A DNA stretch of 64,000 nt from Spirochaetia bacterium (GTDB taxonomy: Bacteria; Spirochaetota; Spirochaetia; CAKZLE01). The translations under genes were made by a program, and so were the position numbers. Position 1 is the first letter of the stretch. Each line of letters opens with the position of its first letter. The notes under the pieces were generated by a model. It made no database searches and was not told where the DNA came from. It saw only the letters and a program-made list of their open reading frames with translations. Location: NCBI GenBank assembly GCA_963677595.1, contig OY782041.1, positions 3,840,001 through 3,904,000 of the forward strand. The letters are read 5' to 3'. Of this stretch, positions 11,042 through 21,953 are shown piece after piece.

Positions 11042-11143
11042 ACCATAACTTATACCAGAGTTGCGAAGAAAACTCAATCATAAAACCGACAAAGCTGTGC
11101 ATCGGGAAGGGAGGCAATCTTTGCCGAAATCTGATCTAAATTA

Positions 11144-11170
11144 TTGAAAGAAAAAGGGTTTTGGTATAAT
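11144..11170 (+). promoter_or_regulatory. Putative extended -10 promoter for greA
   Basis: TGgTATAAT at 11162-11170; TTGAAA 15 bp upstream. Confidence 0.5.
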
Positions 11171-11362
11171 CTATAGATTACAGGTGTGTACGTAGTTCTC
11201 GATTTGATATCCAGTTCATGTATGCTTGGTATGCATGCATACTCGTAAAGTTATCAGCCTAGGATGTTCAGTTTCTCACAAGCATTTGACGCTCCAGTTT
11301 CTTATGCTCTGCTGAGAATAGCGTAGAAATCACTAACTTATTATGTATATTGGAGTTATTTA

Positions 11363-14032
11363 ATGTTGGAAAAGATTCAGGAAATGTTGCATGAAGAGAA
11401 GTGGACCAGAGCCACCTTGAACAACTATACGATCAACAGCTTTGCAGAGCTCAATGATATCATCGAAGGTATCAGTGAGGGCGACCTGATGGAGGCAAAG
11501 GAGTTATGTGATGAACATATCATCCATACGAAGACGAGCATCATCGGGCTCTACATCTCCGGTGTGATCTCACTGAGGAAGCACCTCATCGACGATTCCA
11601 ACCTGATCCAGCTCACGAATCTCTTCTATGACAACCGGAAATGGAATATCGTGGAGTTCCTCGCCCTCAAGGTCCTCTCCTACGGGGAGAACAAGATGGC
11701 GCTCAAGACCCTTGCCGAGTGCTACGACAACCAGGGCAAGGAAGAGGAGAAGTTCGAGATATGGGAGCGTCTGGTCAAGGTCGATTATGACGAGACCGAG
11801 ATCCTCAAGATCCTCGCAGAACGGTATGAGGAGAACGGGGAAGTCGAGACTGCCATAGACTACTACAAGAAGTGCATGCACCGGTTCATCAACAAGAGGA
11901 ACTTCAACCAGATCAAGGATATCTGGGGTAAGTTCCTTGACATGATCCCCGAGGAGTATGACTACCTCATGCACGTCAACGTGCGTATCCAGAAGGGTAT
12001 CAACAAGGAGCGTGCTTCGCAGCTCCTCGAGGAGCTCTACCTCTACTACAGCGGCAAGAAGGACTGGGATATCGCGATCGAGATCCTCAAGATGATCCTG
12101 AGCTACCAGCCCACCAACACGGTGGCGCGGTCGAGCATCATCACCTGCTACAAGGAGAAGTACAAGGACCACAGCCGACTCAACAGCTATATCGAGATGT
12201 CCAACCTGACGCAGTCCTACCGCGATATCCAGTCGGCTATCGAGGATTTCGAGAAGCACATCTCCTTCGACGAGGGGACCTTCGTCTACCATAAGACCTG
12301 GGGTATCGGCCGGATCAAGTCCCTCGACAGCGACTCTCTGGTCATCGACTTCGCCTCGAAGCGTGACCATGCCATGTCCCTCCAGATGGGCATCAGGGCC
12401 CTGACCATGCTGCCGAAGAACCATATCTGGGTCATCAAGAGCGTGTTCCCCAAGGAGCGGCTCAAGGCGAAGATCAAGAAGGATGTGGACTGGACCCTGA
12501 AGACCATCATCATGAGCTTCAACAACTCCCTGAGCCTCAAGGCGCTCAAGGCCGAGCTCGTACCCTCGATCCTCACTAATAACGAATGGCTCTCCTGGAG
12601 CTCAAATGCGAAGAAGCTGCTCAAGACCGATCCCCTGTTCAGCATCAACCCCGAAGCTACCGATGAGTATATGGTGCGGACCACACCGATTTCATATGAC
12701 GAGAAGACCCTCAACCTCTTCAAGAGCGAGAAGGACATCTACCAGAAGGTGAAGATCGTCAGGGACTTCCTGGAGAACAGCGATCCCGATTCTGACTACT
12801 TCGCTGAGATCTTCTCCTACTTCACCGGCATACTCAAGAGCTTCACCACAGTGAATGACACCGTCGTGACCAGCTTCCTCTTCGTCCAGAAGCTCATGAA
12901 GAACTACCCATTCCTCACCTCCGGGGTCACCTTCACCTTCAAGGAGATGTTCGATGAGATCGATCATGCGGAGCTGCTCTTCGAAGCCATCAAGGATACC
13001 GAACTGAAGCGTTCCTTCCTTGATGAGGTCAAGAAGTGTGAAGAGGAGTGGGCAGAGTTCTACAAGCGGATGTTCCGCTACTACCAGTCCTCCTTCATCC
13101 TCGACACGCTCTTCAGCGGCAAGCAGAAGGAGATCGCCTTCTCGATCTTCAAGCAGGCATATGACTCCTACAAGGAGGACCCGGACACCTACCTGTGGCT
13201 CGTGAAGAACTACTCGCAGGATTTCTGGACCCAGAAGATCGGCATCACCTATGACCGGGTCATCATCTCGCTGATCCACCTGCTCGACCTGAGCTACCGT
13301 GCGATCGACAACAAGAAGGATGTGAGCAAGAACAGGAAACTGTCCAAGACCACCTACTCCCTCCTCTTCGATGAGGGTGCGCTCCTGGCCTACTTCAAGA
13401 TCTGCGAGCTGAGCTCGATCCAGAGGATCTACCCCCTGATCAACGAGATGGAGGGCCTTACCCCTGCACGGAAGATCGAGGTGAAGCACATCATCAAGGA
13501 GCGCTACCCAGACTTCATCTTCCCTGAGGACACCCTCTCTTCTGACAGTATCAGCGGCGGCCTCCTGGTCACTCTCGAGAGGCTCAAGGACAAGGAGAAG
13601 GAGCTCGCCTACATCACGGAAGTCGCTATTCCTGAGAACTCGAAGGAGATCGGTGAAGCGCGGTTGCTCGGGGACCTCAAGGAGAATGCCGAGTACATCG
13701 CCGGGAAGGAGCGTCAGGAGCTGCTGAACATCAGCCTCGGGAAGCTCAAGGAGGAGCTGACCAAGGCGATCGTCTTCGACCCGAAGAACGTCAACATTGA
13801 GAAGATCTCCTTCGGTACCAAGGTCACCCTCATGAACCGGAAGACCGATACCGAGGAGACCTATACCATCCTCGGACCCTGGGAATCCAACCCGAGCAAG
13901 AACATCATCTCCTATCTCGCACCCTTCGGCGCAGCGTTGCTGAACTCTAAGTCCGGCGAGAACCTGGACTTCGTCATCAATGAGCGTGCCTATGCCTATA
14001 CGGTGCTTGCAATAGAGAGTGCCCTCAGCTAA
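11363..14032 (+). CDS. greA: Transcription elongation factor GreA, long spirochaete type with N-terminal TPR/helical region
   Basis: C-terminal GDLKENAEY and YTILGPWES..ISYLAPFG GreA motifs. Confidence 0.9.
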   Translation: MLEKIQEMLHEEKWTRATLNNYTINSFAELNDIIEGISEGDLMEAKELCDEHIIHTKTSIIGLYISGVISLRKHLIDDSNLIQLTNLFYDNRKWNIVEFLALKVLSYGENKMALKTLAECYDNQGKEEEKFEIWERLVKVDYDETEILKILAERYEENGEVETAIDYYKKCMHRFINKRNFNQIKDIWGKFLDMIPEEYDYLMHVNVRIQKGINKERASQLLEELYLYYSGKKDWDIAIEILKMILSYQPTNTVARSSIITCYKEKYKDHSRLNSYIEMSNLTQSYRDIQSAIEDFEKHISFDEGTFVYHKTWGIGRIKSLDSDSLVIDFASKRDHAMSLQMGIRALTMLPKNHIWVIKSVFPKERLKAKIKKDVDWTLKTIIMSFNNSLSLKALKAELVPSILTNNEWLSWSSNAKKLLKTDPLFSINPEATDEYMVRTTPISYDEKTLNLFKSEKDIYQKVKIVRDFLENSDPDSDYFAEIFSYFTGILKSFTTVNDTVVTSFLFVQKLMKNYPFLTSGVTFTFKEMFDEIDHAELLFEAIKDTELKRSFLDEVKKCEEEWAEFYKRMFRYYQSSFILDTLFSGKQKEIAFSIFKQAYDSYKEDPDTYLWLVKNYSQDFWTQKIGITYDRVIISLIHLLDLSYRAIDNKKDVSKNRKLSKTTYSLLFDEGALLAYFKICELSSIQRIYPLINEMEGLTPARKIEVKHIIKERYPDFIFPEDTLSSDSISGGLLVTLERLKDKEKELAYITEVAIPENSKEIGEARLLGDLKENAEYIAGKERQELLNISLGKLKEELTKAIVFDPKNVNIEKISFGTKVTLMNRKTDTEETYTILGPWESNPSKNIISYLAPFGAALLNSKSGENLDFVINERAYAYTVLAIESALS

Positions 14033-14068
14033 GAAGGCAACCCTACAGATCGATTCGTTGGCGGCAGG

Positions 14069-15640
14069 TTACTGCCGCCTTCTTCTTCTCCAGCTGATCT
14101 CGATCTTTCCTATGCGATAGAAGATCAGGACCACCGCCCCGAAGACCAGTGAGTTCGCGGTGGTCAGCAGCATGCTGCCGAGAGAGCTTCCGTTCCCTAC
14201 CCAGGAGCCGAGAGCCAGGGGCAGTACCCGGGCAGCAGCAACTGCCGGGATGCAGAGCAGCGTGATCTTCACGAACCGCCCCAGGATCGGCAGAAGTTCC
14301 AGCCGGTACGCAGTCTTCAGCTGTATGTATACGATAAGATAGATGATCCCTACGGTGAAGCTAAAACTGTTGGCCAGGGCCAGGAAAGAGACATCGAGGC
14401 CTTCAGCGACTGCGATGATTGATGCCGCGATATCCAATGCGGCGACGATGACCGATGAGATGAGGGTCACCCGGTAGCTCCCGATCGAGTAGAAGAACTT
14501 CAGCAGGAAGTTATAGCCTGCCACACTGTAGAGACCGATGGCGAACATGCGGACGGTCTTTGCCGTGAGCAGCGTGTTCTCCAGGGTATAGGCCCCCCGA
14601 TAGAGGATGGCGGAGACGAACTCCCCGCTGGAGATGAGCAGCAGCCCGATCGACGGGATGATGAAGACCATCAGCTGCTTCAGTCCCCCTACCATCTCCT
14701 GCTTCAACTCATCGTAGGATTGCCTGTGGAATGCCCTGCTCATCTTCGGGAAATAGACCGTGGCGATCGCGCTGAAGAAGAGGCCGTAGGGAAGCTGCCA
14801 GAAGATGATCGAGTTGCTGAACGCCGTCACGCTCCCCTCCTGCAGCCCGGAAGCCAGGAAGTAGGCTACCTGCTGGTTGATGATCGCTATCGAGGAGGTC
14901 ACCATGACCGGGAGCCAGTAGGTTAAGACCTGCCTGAGGTATGGGGATCTCCTTGAGAATCCGGGAAGGATAGAGAAACCTTCTCTCCGGAAGGCAGGTT
15001 GAAGGATCAGCAGATGAAGGATACCACCGATAACGACCCCTGCTGCGAAGACGTAAGGGTTCCCTCCCCGGCCGAATATCAGGAGTGCGCCGATCACTGC
15101 TACTGAGAACGTGAGGGGTGCGACAGCGGCGACCGTAAAGGCTGACCTGCAGTGCAGGGTCGAGGATATGACGGCGATCACGGAGATCAGCAGCAGGTAG
15201 ATGGAGAAATACCCGAGCAGTTTTCCCGAGAGTCTGAGGGCTTCCGGGTCCGTGAAGCCCGAGATGGCGGCGATGACCTGCTCACCGAAGAGGAGCACAC
15301 AGATGATGACCGGTATGAGTATGACTGCCTGCAGGCCAATCATATTCCGCACCAGCAGGGGCGCTTCATGTCCCCCTGAGTCCTCATCTTCTGAGAGCGC
15401 CTTCGAGAGCACTGGTATATAAGCATTCGAGAGTGCACCTTCGGCAAGCAGCTTCCTGAAGTTGTTCGGGATGTTGAAGGTGAAGTTTATGATATCAGCG
15501 GTACCGGAAGCCCCGAAGATAGCTGATACCGCACTTACCCGCACGATACCGAGGATGCGTGAGGCGAAGGTGCAGGCCATGATGACATAGGTGTTCCTCA
15601 CCGTCGCATCATGGCCCTGTGCAGCCTCACTTCTTCCCAT
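14069..15640 (-). CDS. murJ: Lipid II flippase MurJ (MviN)
   Basis: SRILGIVR, PNNFRKLLAEGALS, QLPYGLF; many TM helices. Confidence 0.92.
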   Translation of the reverse strand: MGRSEAAQGHDATVRNTYVIMACTFASRILGIVRVSAVSAIFGASGTADIINFTFNIPNNFRKLLAEGALSNAYIPVLSKALSEDEDSGGHEAPLLVRNMIGLQAVILIPVIICVLLFGEQVIAAISGFTDPEALRLSGKLLGYFSIYLLLISVIAVISSTLHCRSAFTVAAVAPLTFSVAVIGALLIFGRGGNPYVFAAGVVIGGILHLLILQPAFRREGFSILPGFSRRSPYLRQVLTYWLPVMVTSSIAIINQQVAYFLASGLQEGSVTAFSNSIIFWQLPYGLFFSAIATVYFPKMSRAFHRQSYDELKQEMVGGLKQLMVFIIPSIGLLLISSGEFVSAILYRGAYTLENTLLTAKTVRMFAIGLYSVAGYNFLLKFFYSIGSYRVTLISSVIVAALDIAASIIAVAEGLDVSFLALANSFSFTVGIIYLIVYIQLKTAYRLELLPILGRFVKITLLCIPAVAAARVLPLALGSWVGNGSSLGSMLLTTANSLVFGAVVLIFYRIGKIEISWRRRRRQ

Positions 15641-16754
15641 ATTCACTGAAGAACGAGCGCTTGAACTCGCTGAACCGGTCTTCCCTGATCGAGTCCTTGA
15701 TACGCTCCATCAGCCGCTTGAGATAGACCAGGTTGTGCTCGGAGGCGAGCATCGAACCGAGGATCTCATTGGTCTTGAACATATGCCTGAGATAGGCTCG
15801 TGAGTAGGAGGTACAGGCTGTGCAGGTGCATCCCTCGACGATCGGCCCATGGTCGAACTCGTGGCGTGCCTTCTTCATGTTGACGAGCCCCCCATCCGTG
15901 AAGACCGACCCGTTGCGGGCTATCCTCGTCGGGAGCACGCAGTCGAACATGTCCACACCGTTCTCGACGGCCTCGAAGATGTATTCGGGATTGCCGATGC
16001 CCATGACGTAGAGGGGTTTCTCCTTCGGAATGAACTCGGTGGTATAGGAGAGGAAATCTGAGTACTGGTTGAATGGCTCACCCACCGAGAGCCCGCCGAT
16101 GGCGATTCCCGGGAGGTCGAGGGAGCTGATGTAGAGGGCACTCTCCTTCCTCAACTCCTGGAAGAAGTTCCCCTGGATGATGCCGAAGAGGTTCCCCTCA
16201 TACTCGTCCCGGTAGCCGAGCCAGGCCGCCTTTGCCCGGGCTGCCCAGTCATGGGTGGTCTTCATCGCCTTTACGGAGTCCTTGAGTGAGAGGTCGGGGG
16301 GCGTGCAGACATCGAGGCACATCTGTATGTCGCTGTTGAGGTACCGCTGGATCTCAACCACCTTCTCCGGGGTGAGGGTATGGTAGGAGCCGTCGATATG
16401 GGAGCGGAAGGTGACTCCCTCCTCCCTGATCTTCCTGAACGAGGCCAGGCTGAAGACCTGGAACCCGCCGCTGTCCGTGAGGATGTTGTGCTTCCAGGAA
16501 GAGAACTGGTGAAGCCCGCCGAAGGACTTGATCACCTCGATCCCCGGCCGAAGGTAGAGGTGATAGGTATTGCCGAGGATGAGGTTATACCCCATCTCCT
16601 CGATGGTGGAGTGGTGGAGAGCCTTCACCGTGCCGTTCGTGCCTACGGGCATGAATACCGGTGTCTCAACCCTCCCATGGGGCAGGTCGATGAGACCGGT
16701 CCGGGCTGCTGAGTTCCTGTCCTGGTGTGTGAGCGTGAATATAGGGTTTCCCAT
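15627..16754 (-). CDS. tgt: tRNA-guanine transglycosylase
   Basis: TPVFMPVGT, NTYHL, TDSGGFQVFSL, GGLSVGE, CxCxxC Zn site. Confidence 0.97.
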   Translation of the reverse strand: MGNPIFTLTHQDRNSAARTGLIDLPHGRVETPVFMPVGTNGTVKALHHSTIEEMGYNLILGNTYHLYLRPGIEVIKSFGGLHQFSSWKHNILTDSGGFQVFSLASFRKIREEGVTFRSHIDGSYHTLTPEKVVEIQRYLNSDIQMCLDVCTPPDLSLKDSVKAMKTTHDWAARAKAAWLGYRDEYEGNLFGIIQGNFFQELRKESALYISSLDLPGIAIGGLSVGEPFNQYSDFLSYTTEFIPKEKPLYVMGIGNPEYIFEAVENGVDMFDCVLPTRIARNGSVFTDGGLVNMKKARHEFDHGPIVEGCTCTACTSYSRAYLRHMFKTNEILGSMLASEHNLVYLKRLMERIKDSIREDRFSEFKRSFFSEYGKK

Positions 16755-17839
16755 CAAGTGCGTACCTTCCTCAACATGAGTATGCTCAAGCCGGTGAAGA
16801 CACCTACAGGCAGCCATGCTCCCAGCATCGGTGAGATATAATGCTGTTTTGCGAGAACGATGGTGAGCATCTCGAATACATAATAGACAACAGAGATAAT
16901 AATCGATATAAGCAGACTATACAAGAGGATGTTCTTCTTGAACCTGCTCCCGAGGGAACAGGAGATGATGACGACGATGAACGGCGTGAGGCTGAAGGCG
17001 AACCGCTCATAGTAGTCGGTCAGCAGCGAACGGTAGAGCCCCATGTCCAGTGTCCGGATCCTGTCGATGTAGGCCCGGGCATCAGAGATCTTCATCTCCT
17101 GGATGTCGAAGGTGATGTCGCGGAACTCCTCCGGGGTGAACTTATCAGCAGGGATGACGAGCAGATCATCCTCGACTGCAGATATACTCCCGTCGGGCCC
17201 GACGGTATAGGTCGTGACCCCGTCGAGCATCCAGCTCGACTCCTTCTCCATATAAGACGCCTTCTTCGCATCGACTCGGCTGGTCAGGCTGCCTGACTCA
17301 TCGCGCGTGATCATGATGAGGCCGGAGATCTCCATCCTCTTGTCATTGTAGTACCGGGCATAGTAGACCTCATGCTCCTCATGGGATATGAGCACAACAT
17401 TATTGTTGTTGTAGGAGGTCGAGTAGCCTACGATGGTGTTGGTAAGTTCCTCTTTTTGTGCATAGGTATCGATGACCAGGAACTCGCCGAAGAGGAACCC
17501 GCCCAGGCTCGCAGCCAGGCCGAGAACGATGAGCACCGTGATGAACCGGTAGTAGGATACCCCGGAGTTCAGGATGCTCACCAGCTCGTTTCGCGCATAG
17601 ATGCTCGAGATCGTGAAGGTGATCGCGAAGAGCAAGGAAGGTGCGATGGCATAAGAGACTGCTTTCGGGAGGTACAGCAGTGAGAGATAGGCGATCTGCG
17701 TGAGCGGCAACTCGTGTGATATATAGAGGTTGATGTTGGTGAACAGGTCCAGCAGGAGTACGATGACGGCGAAGAAGAGGATGGAGTTCAGCATGGATCT
17801 CATCACCTGCGAGAGCAGGTACCTGCGCAGTACTCTCAT
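16754..17839 (-). CDS. LptF/LptG family permease (LptG-like)
   Basis: RNELVSILNSGVS motif, 3+3 TM helices with periplasmic domain, GAWLP. Confidence 0.85.
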   Translation of the reverse strand: MRVLRRYLLSQVMRSMLNSILFFAVIVLLLDLFTNINLYISHELPLTQIAYLSLLYLPKAVSYAIAPSLLFAITFTISSIYARNELVSILNSGVSYYRFITVLIVLGLAASLGGFLFGEFLVIDTYAQKEELTNTIVGYSTSYNNNNVVLISHEEHEVYYARYYNDKRMEISGLIMITRDESGSLTSRVDAKKASYMEKESSWMLDGVTTYTVGPDGSISAVEDDLLVIPADKFTPEEFRDITFDIQEMKISDARAYIDRIRTLDMGLYRSLLTDYYERFAFSLTPFIVVIISCSLGSRFKKNILLYSLLISIIISVVYYVFEMLTIVLAKQHYISPMLGAWLPVGVFTGLSILMLRKVRT

Positions 17840-19089
17840 GCCCGCCTCCTGATCATGATCAGCAGTAGCCCGATGCAGAAGAGCACGATGTTCGGGGCCC
17901 ACATGATGAGGAAGGCATCCACCTCTACCCTGGTCCCGAGCGTCTGTCCCGCGAAGAGGAGGAACCAGTAGGCGACCGATGTGATGATGCCGACTGAGAA
18001 CCCGACAAGCCTGCCGTTCTTCATCTGGATCATGCTGAACGGGAAAGCGTAGATAACGAGAAAGAGGCAGGCGAACGGCAGGGCCGTCTTCTTGTAGAAC
18101 TCGAGCAGGTAGTACTGGAGGGTCTTGCTGAAGACCGAGGTCTCGAGCATACTGCTGCGGTTCTCGAACTCGTCTGCATAGCTGACCGGTACCCTCCTGG
18201 CAGCATCCTGCAGGTAGTCTGAAGCAATGCGGTACTCGATCTCCTCGATGTTCTCCTCGATCGACAGCTGCTTGGCCGCAATATCATCCTGCTTGTCCCG
18301 GATGTCGCCGAAGAGGTCCCGAAGGCTCTTCTCGTTCGGGGCCACACTGAGCAGGTTGAAACTGATCGTGTCCATCGCGAGGTAGTACTCCATCGAGTCC
18401 GCCTGGTAGTAATCGAAGTCCTCACTGCTGCTGCTCTTCGGGCCGATGCTCTGCACACCGGACAGGTCGAGTGAGATCATCTGGTCGAGGTTGTCGCTCG
18501 TGAGCCTCGCCGAGTCCGCTGAGATGACCTGGATCTGGCTGTTCGAGGTGTCGATGACCAGCAGGTCATCGACCGTGTTCTCATCGACCTTCCCGTTGAC
18601 GAATATGAGGTCATTGAACCGCGAGATCGAGTAGGACTCGAGGTCGAGACCGGGATTCTCATAGAGCAGTTCCTTGTAGAGCGCCTTGTACTTGATGGTG
18701 CCTAAGGGCAGGAATACGTCATTGAGCACGAATGAGACTCCGGTCAGGAGGATGCTGAAGAGCAGGATGGGGGCTAAGATCCGTGAATATGATATACCCC
18801 CGGTCCGCATCGCCATGATCTCGTTCCTGGACGAAAGGTTGCCGAGCGACATCGTCGCGCCGGTCATCGACGAGAAGGGAAAGGTATAGGAGAGGATGAT
18901 CGGGATCGAGTAGAGCAGTATCTTGAGCATGTCGACGAACGAGACGTTCCGTATGAGGATGTTCCGTGCGACGAGCAGTATCTGGTTGACGAAGAATATG
19001 AAGAAGAAGAAGAGGAAGGAGATTAAGAATGAGAGGGCATACTCCTTGAGGATATACCTCTGCAGAGTATGCGCGCGTCCTGCTGCCAA
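17836..19089 (-). CDS. LptF/LptG family permease (LptF-like)
   Basis: LSSRNEIMAMRTGGIS, KKTALPFACL, MWAPN. Confidence 0.85.
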   Translation of the reverse strand: MAAGRAHTLQRYILKEYALSFLISFLFFFFIFFVNQILLVARNILIRNVSFVDMLKILLYSIPIILSYTFPFSSMTGATMSLGNLSSRNEIMAMRTGGISYSRILAPILLFSILLTGVSFVLNDVFLPLGTIKYKALYKELLYENPGLDLESYSISRFNDLIFVNGKVDENTVDDLLVIDTSNSQIQVISADSARLTSDNLDQMISLDLSGVQSIGPKSSSSEDFDYYQADSMEYYLAMDTISFNLLSVAPNEKSLRDLFGDIRDKQDDIAAKQLSIEENIEEIEYRIASDYLQDAARRVPVSYADEFENRSSMLETSVFSKTLQYYLLEFYKKTALPFACLFLVIYAFPFSMIQMKNGRLVGFSVGIITSVAYWFLLFAGQTLGTRVEVDAFLIMWAPNIVLFCIGLLLIMIRRRA

Positions 19090-19101
19090 GTGAGTCTCTC
19101 C

Positions 19102-19542
19102 CTATTTTCCGGTCGACCCAAATCCCCCAACGCCTCGTTCAGAGGAGTTGATCTCATCTACAGTCTTGAATCGGCACTGTATGACCGGAGCTATGACCAT
19201 CTGGGCGATACGATCGCCCTCGTTGACGGTATAGGCTTCATTGCCGTGGTTGACCAGGATGACCTTGACCTCACCACGGTAGTCTGAATCGATGGTACCG
19301 GGAGTGTTCAGGACCGTGACGCCGAATTTAGCAGCCAGTCCTGAACGAGGCCTGATCTGGACCTCATACCCCTCAGGTATCTCCATATAGAGCCCGGTCG
19401 GGACCATCGCGGTCTCTCCGGGCTCGAGGATGATCCCCTCTTCAGTATCGATGCAGGCATAGATGTCAGCCCCGGCTGAGCCGGCCGTCGCATACTGCGG
19501 CAGCCGTGCGCCCGGGGCAGTCTTGACCCGTACTTCGACCAT
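19102..19542 (-). CDS. dut: dUTP diphosphatase
   Basis: AGADI, RPRSGLA, GTIDSDYRGE, GDRIAQ, RGVGGFGSTG. Confidence 0.97.
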   Translation of the reverse strand: MVEVRVKTAPGARLPQYATAGSAGADIYACIDTEEGIILEPGETAMVPTGLYMEIPEGYEVQIRPRSGLAAKFGVTVLNTPGTIDSDYRGEVKVILVNHGNEAYTVNEGDRIAQMVIAPVIQCRFKTVDEINSSERGVGGFGSTGK

Positions 19543-19543
19543 A

Positions 19544-21631
19544 CTATTCAGAATCCTTGAGCGCATCGACATAGCTGAGGTTGAGTCGTCCCATCCTGTC
19601 GATCTCGATGAGCTTCACCGGTATGACCTGGTTCATCTCAAGCACGTCGGATACCTTGTTCACCCTCTTTTTCGAGAGTTTGGAGATATGGCAGAGTCCT
19701 TCCTTCCCGGGGATGATCTCGATGAATGCACCGAAATCCATGATCCTCTTGACCGTACCCTGGTAGATACGTCCCACTTCCGGCTCCTCGACGATCGAGA
19801 GGATCATCTGCTTAGCCTCGAGTGCGGAATCCTTGTTCTTCCCGTAGATGGTGACCTTACCGCTGTTCTCGATGTTGATCTCAGCGCCGGTCTTCTCCGC
19901 GATGCTCTTCACGTTCTTTCCGCCGGGCCCGATCACCGCGCCGATCTTCTCCTCATCGATGGTGAGGCTCTCGATACGCGGTGCATAGGATGAGATATCA
20001 TCCGATGGTGCGGCGATGACCTCGTTCATGATCCCGAGGATGTGCATTCGGCCGCGTTTAGCCTGCTGCATAGCACGGAACATGAGGTCAGGGCTGACGT
20101 TGTCGATCTTGATGTCCATCTGGAAAGCCGTGATACCGTCTTCGGTACCGGTCACCTTGAAGTCCATGTCGCCGAGGTGGTCTTCCTCACCGAGGATGTC
20201 GCTGAGGATCACTGCCTCATCCCCGTCGGAGATGAGCCCCATGGCGATACCGGCAACCGGCTTCTTGATCTTCACACCTGCTGAGAGCAGGGAGAGCGAC
20301 CCGCCGCATACGGAGGCCATCGATGACGAGCCGTTCGACTCGAGGATCTCGGACACGATCCGGATGGTATAGGGGAAATCGTCTTTCTTCGGCAGTACGC
20401 CCTCGAGGGCACGCTGTGCGAGGTGACCGTGACCGATCTCCCTCCTGCCGGTTCCCATCCTACCGCACTCACCTACTGAGAACGGCGGGAAGTTGTAGTG
20501 CAGCATGAAGTTGTTGTACCGTTTCTCGCTGTCGATGTTGTCTATCATCTGCTCGTCATACACCGTACCGAGGGTGGTGACCGCGAGGCTCTGTGTCTCA
20601 CCACGCGTGAAGAGCGCTGACCCATGGGTCCTGGCAAGTACACCGATCTCGCAGGTGATGGGCCTGATGTCCTCAGGACCACGACCGTCGGTTCGCTTCT
20701 TGTTCTCGAGGATAGACTTTCGCACGATCTCGTACTCCATGTCCTCGAAGAGCTTGTCTACATCTTTCTTGTTGGTATCGTCGATGACATCAGCGAACTT
20801 TGCCGCAGTCTCCTCATAGACGTCCTTGATGGCCTTGTACCTGATGTGTTTCCCCAGGACGAAGCAGGCTTCCTGCATCTTCGGCATCGCGAACTCACGG
20901 ATCGGGTCGATGAAGCTGGTATCTTCCTCGATATGGTTGATGGGGAGCTTCTCCTTCCCGGCGATCTCGGCGAGTTTGAGCTGAGCCTCACACAGTTCCC
21001 TGATGACAGGCTCTGCGGTCTCGACTGCCTTGAGGAGTGCCTCTTCCGAGACCTCTTTTGCGCCACCCTCGACCATGGTGATACCATCCTTGGTACCGGA
21101 GACGATGATGTCGATCTCGGCATTCTCGATCTGCTGGAAGGTCGGGTTCACCACGTATTCCCCATCACACAGCCCGACACGGACTGCGCCGACAGGGCCG
21201 TCGAAGGGTATGTCGGAGATGGTCACAGCCGCAGAAGCAGCTACCATCGCCACGATGTCCGGTGTGTGGATCTGGTCAGTGGAGATGACCGTGGGGACGA
21301 CCTGGATATCTCTCCTGAACGCCTTGTCGAAGAGCGGCCTCATCGGCCGGTCGATGAGTCGGCAGACAAGGATCTCCTTGTCCTTCGGCCGTCCTTCCCG
21401 TTTGAGGAACCCGCCGGGGATCTTTCCCGCAGCGTAGTACTTCTCATTGTATTCGACCTGAAGGGGGACATAATCGAGACCGTCGATCTCGGAACGCCCG
21501 CAGCAGGCGGTAGCCAGTACTGACGAACCGCCGTATGTAGCGAACACTGCTCCGTTGGCCTGTTTGGCCATCCTGCCTGTCTCGAGGATCAGTTCCTCTT
21601 CACCTATTTTTACACTGATTGTCTGTAACAT
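19544..21631 (-). CDS. pnp: Polyribonucleotide nucleotidyltransferase
   Basis: RLIDRPMRPLF, ESNGSSSMAS, EDHLGDMDFK, KH and S1 domains. Confidence 0.98.
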   Translation of the reverse strand: MLQTISVKIGEEELILETGRMAKQANGAVFATYGGSSVLATACCGRSEIDGLDYVPLQVEYNEKYYAAGKIPGGFLKREGRPKDKEILVCRLIDRPMRPLFDKAFRRDIQVVPTVISTDQIHTPDIVAMVAASAAVTISDIPFDGPVGAVRVGLCDGEYVVNPTFQQIENAEIDIIVSGTKDGITMVEGGAKEVSEEALLKAVETAEPVIRELCEAQLKLAEIAGKEKLPINHIEEDTSFIDPIREFAMPKMQEACFVLGKHIRYKAIKDVYEETAAKFADVIDDTNKKDVDKLFEDMEYEIVRKSILENKKRTDGRGPEDIRPITCEIGVLARTHGSALFTRGETQSLAVTTLGTVYDEQMIDNIDSEKRYNNFMLHYNFPPFSVGECGRMGTGRREIGHGHLAQRALEGVLPKKDDFPYTIRIVSEILESNGSSSMASVCGGSLSLLSAGVKIKKPVAGIAMGLISDGDEAVILSDILGEEDHLGDMDFKVTGTEDGITAFQMDIKIDNVSPDLMFRAMQQAKRGRMHILGIMNEVIAAPSDDISSYAPRIESLTIDEEKIGAVIGPGGKNVKSIAEKTGAEINIENSGKVTIYGKNKDSALEAKQMILSIVEEPEVGRIYQGTVKRIMDFGAFIEIIPGKEGLCHISKLSKKRVNKVSDVLEMNQVIPVKLIEIDRMGRLNLSYVDALKDSE

Positions 21632-21665
21632 GTTATTCTTACCTTACTGTTCTTTGTACGAAAAC

Positions 21666-21935
21666 TTACTTCCTGAGACCAAGTTTACCAATAAGCTCAC
21701 GATATGCATTGATATCGGTGTTCTTGAGATAACGAAGCAGTCTTCTTCGTTTACCGACCATCTTCAGCAGGCCCCTTCGGCTTGCATGGTCCTTCTTGTT
21801 TGCTTTGAAGTGGTCATTGAGGTCCCTGATCCTCTCTGTCAGGAGTGCGATCTGCACCTCTGTGGATCCTGTGTCCTGTGCGTTCTCACCATATGTCTCA
21901 ATGATCTCTACCTTCTTCTCTTTTGTCAAAGCCAT
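21666..21935 (-). CDS. rpsO: 30S ribosomal protein S15
   Basis: [27 protein letters not shown]. Confidence 0.98.
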   Translation of the reverse strand: MALTKEKKVEIIETYGENAQDTGSTEVQIALLTERIRDLNDHFKANKKDHASRRGLLKMVGKRRRLLRYLKNTDINAYRELIGKLGLRK

Positions 21936-21953
21936 TTGAAAATCTCCTATCTG

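Noticed and set aside
11363-14032. Giant GreA as a novelty
   Set aside because: Long N-terminally extended GreA is known in spirochaetes and chlamydiae
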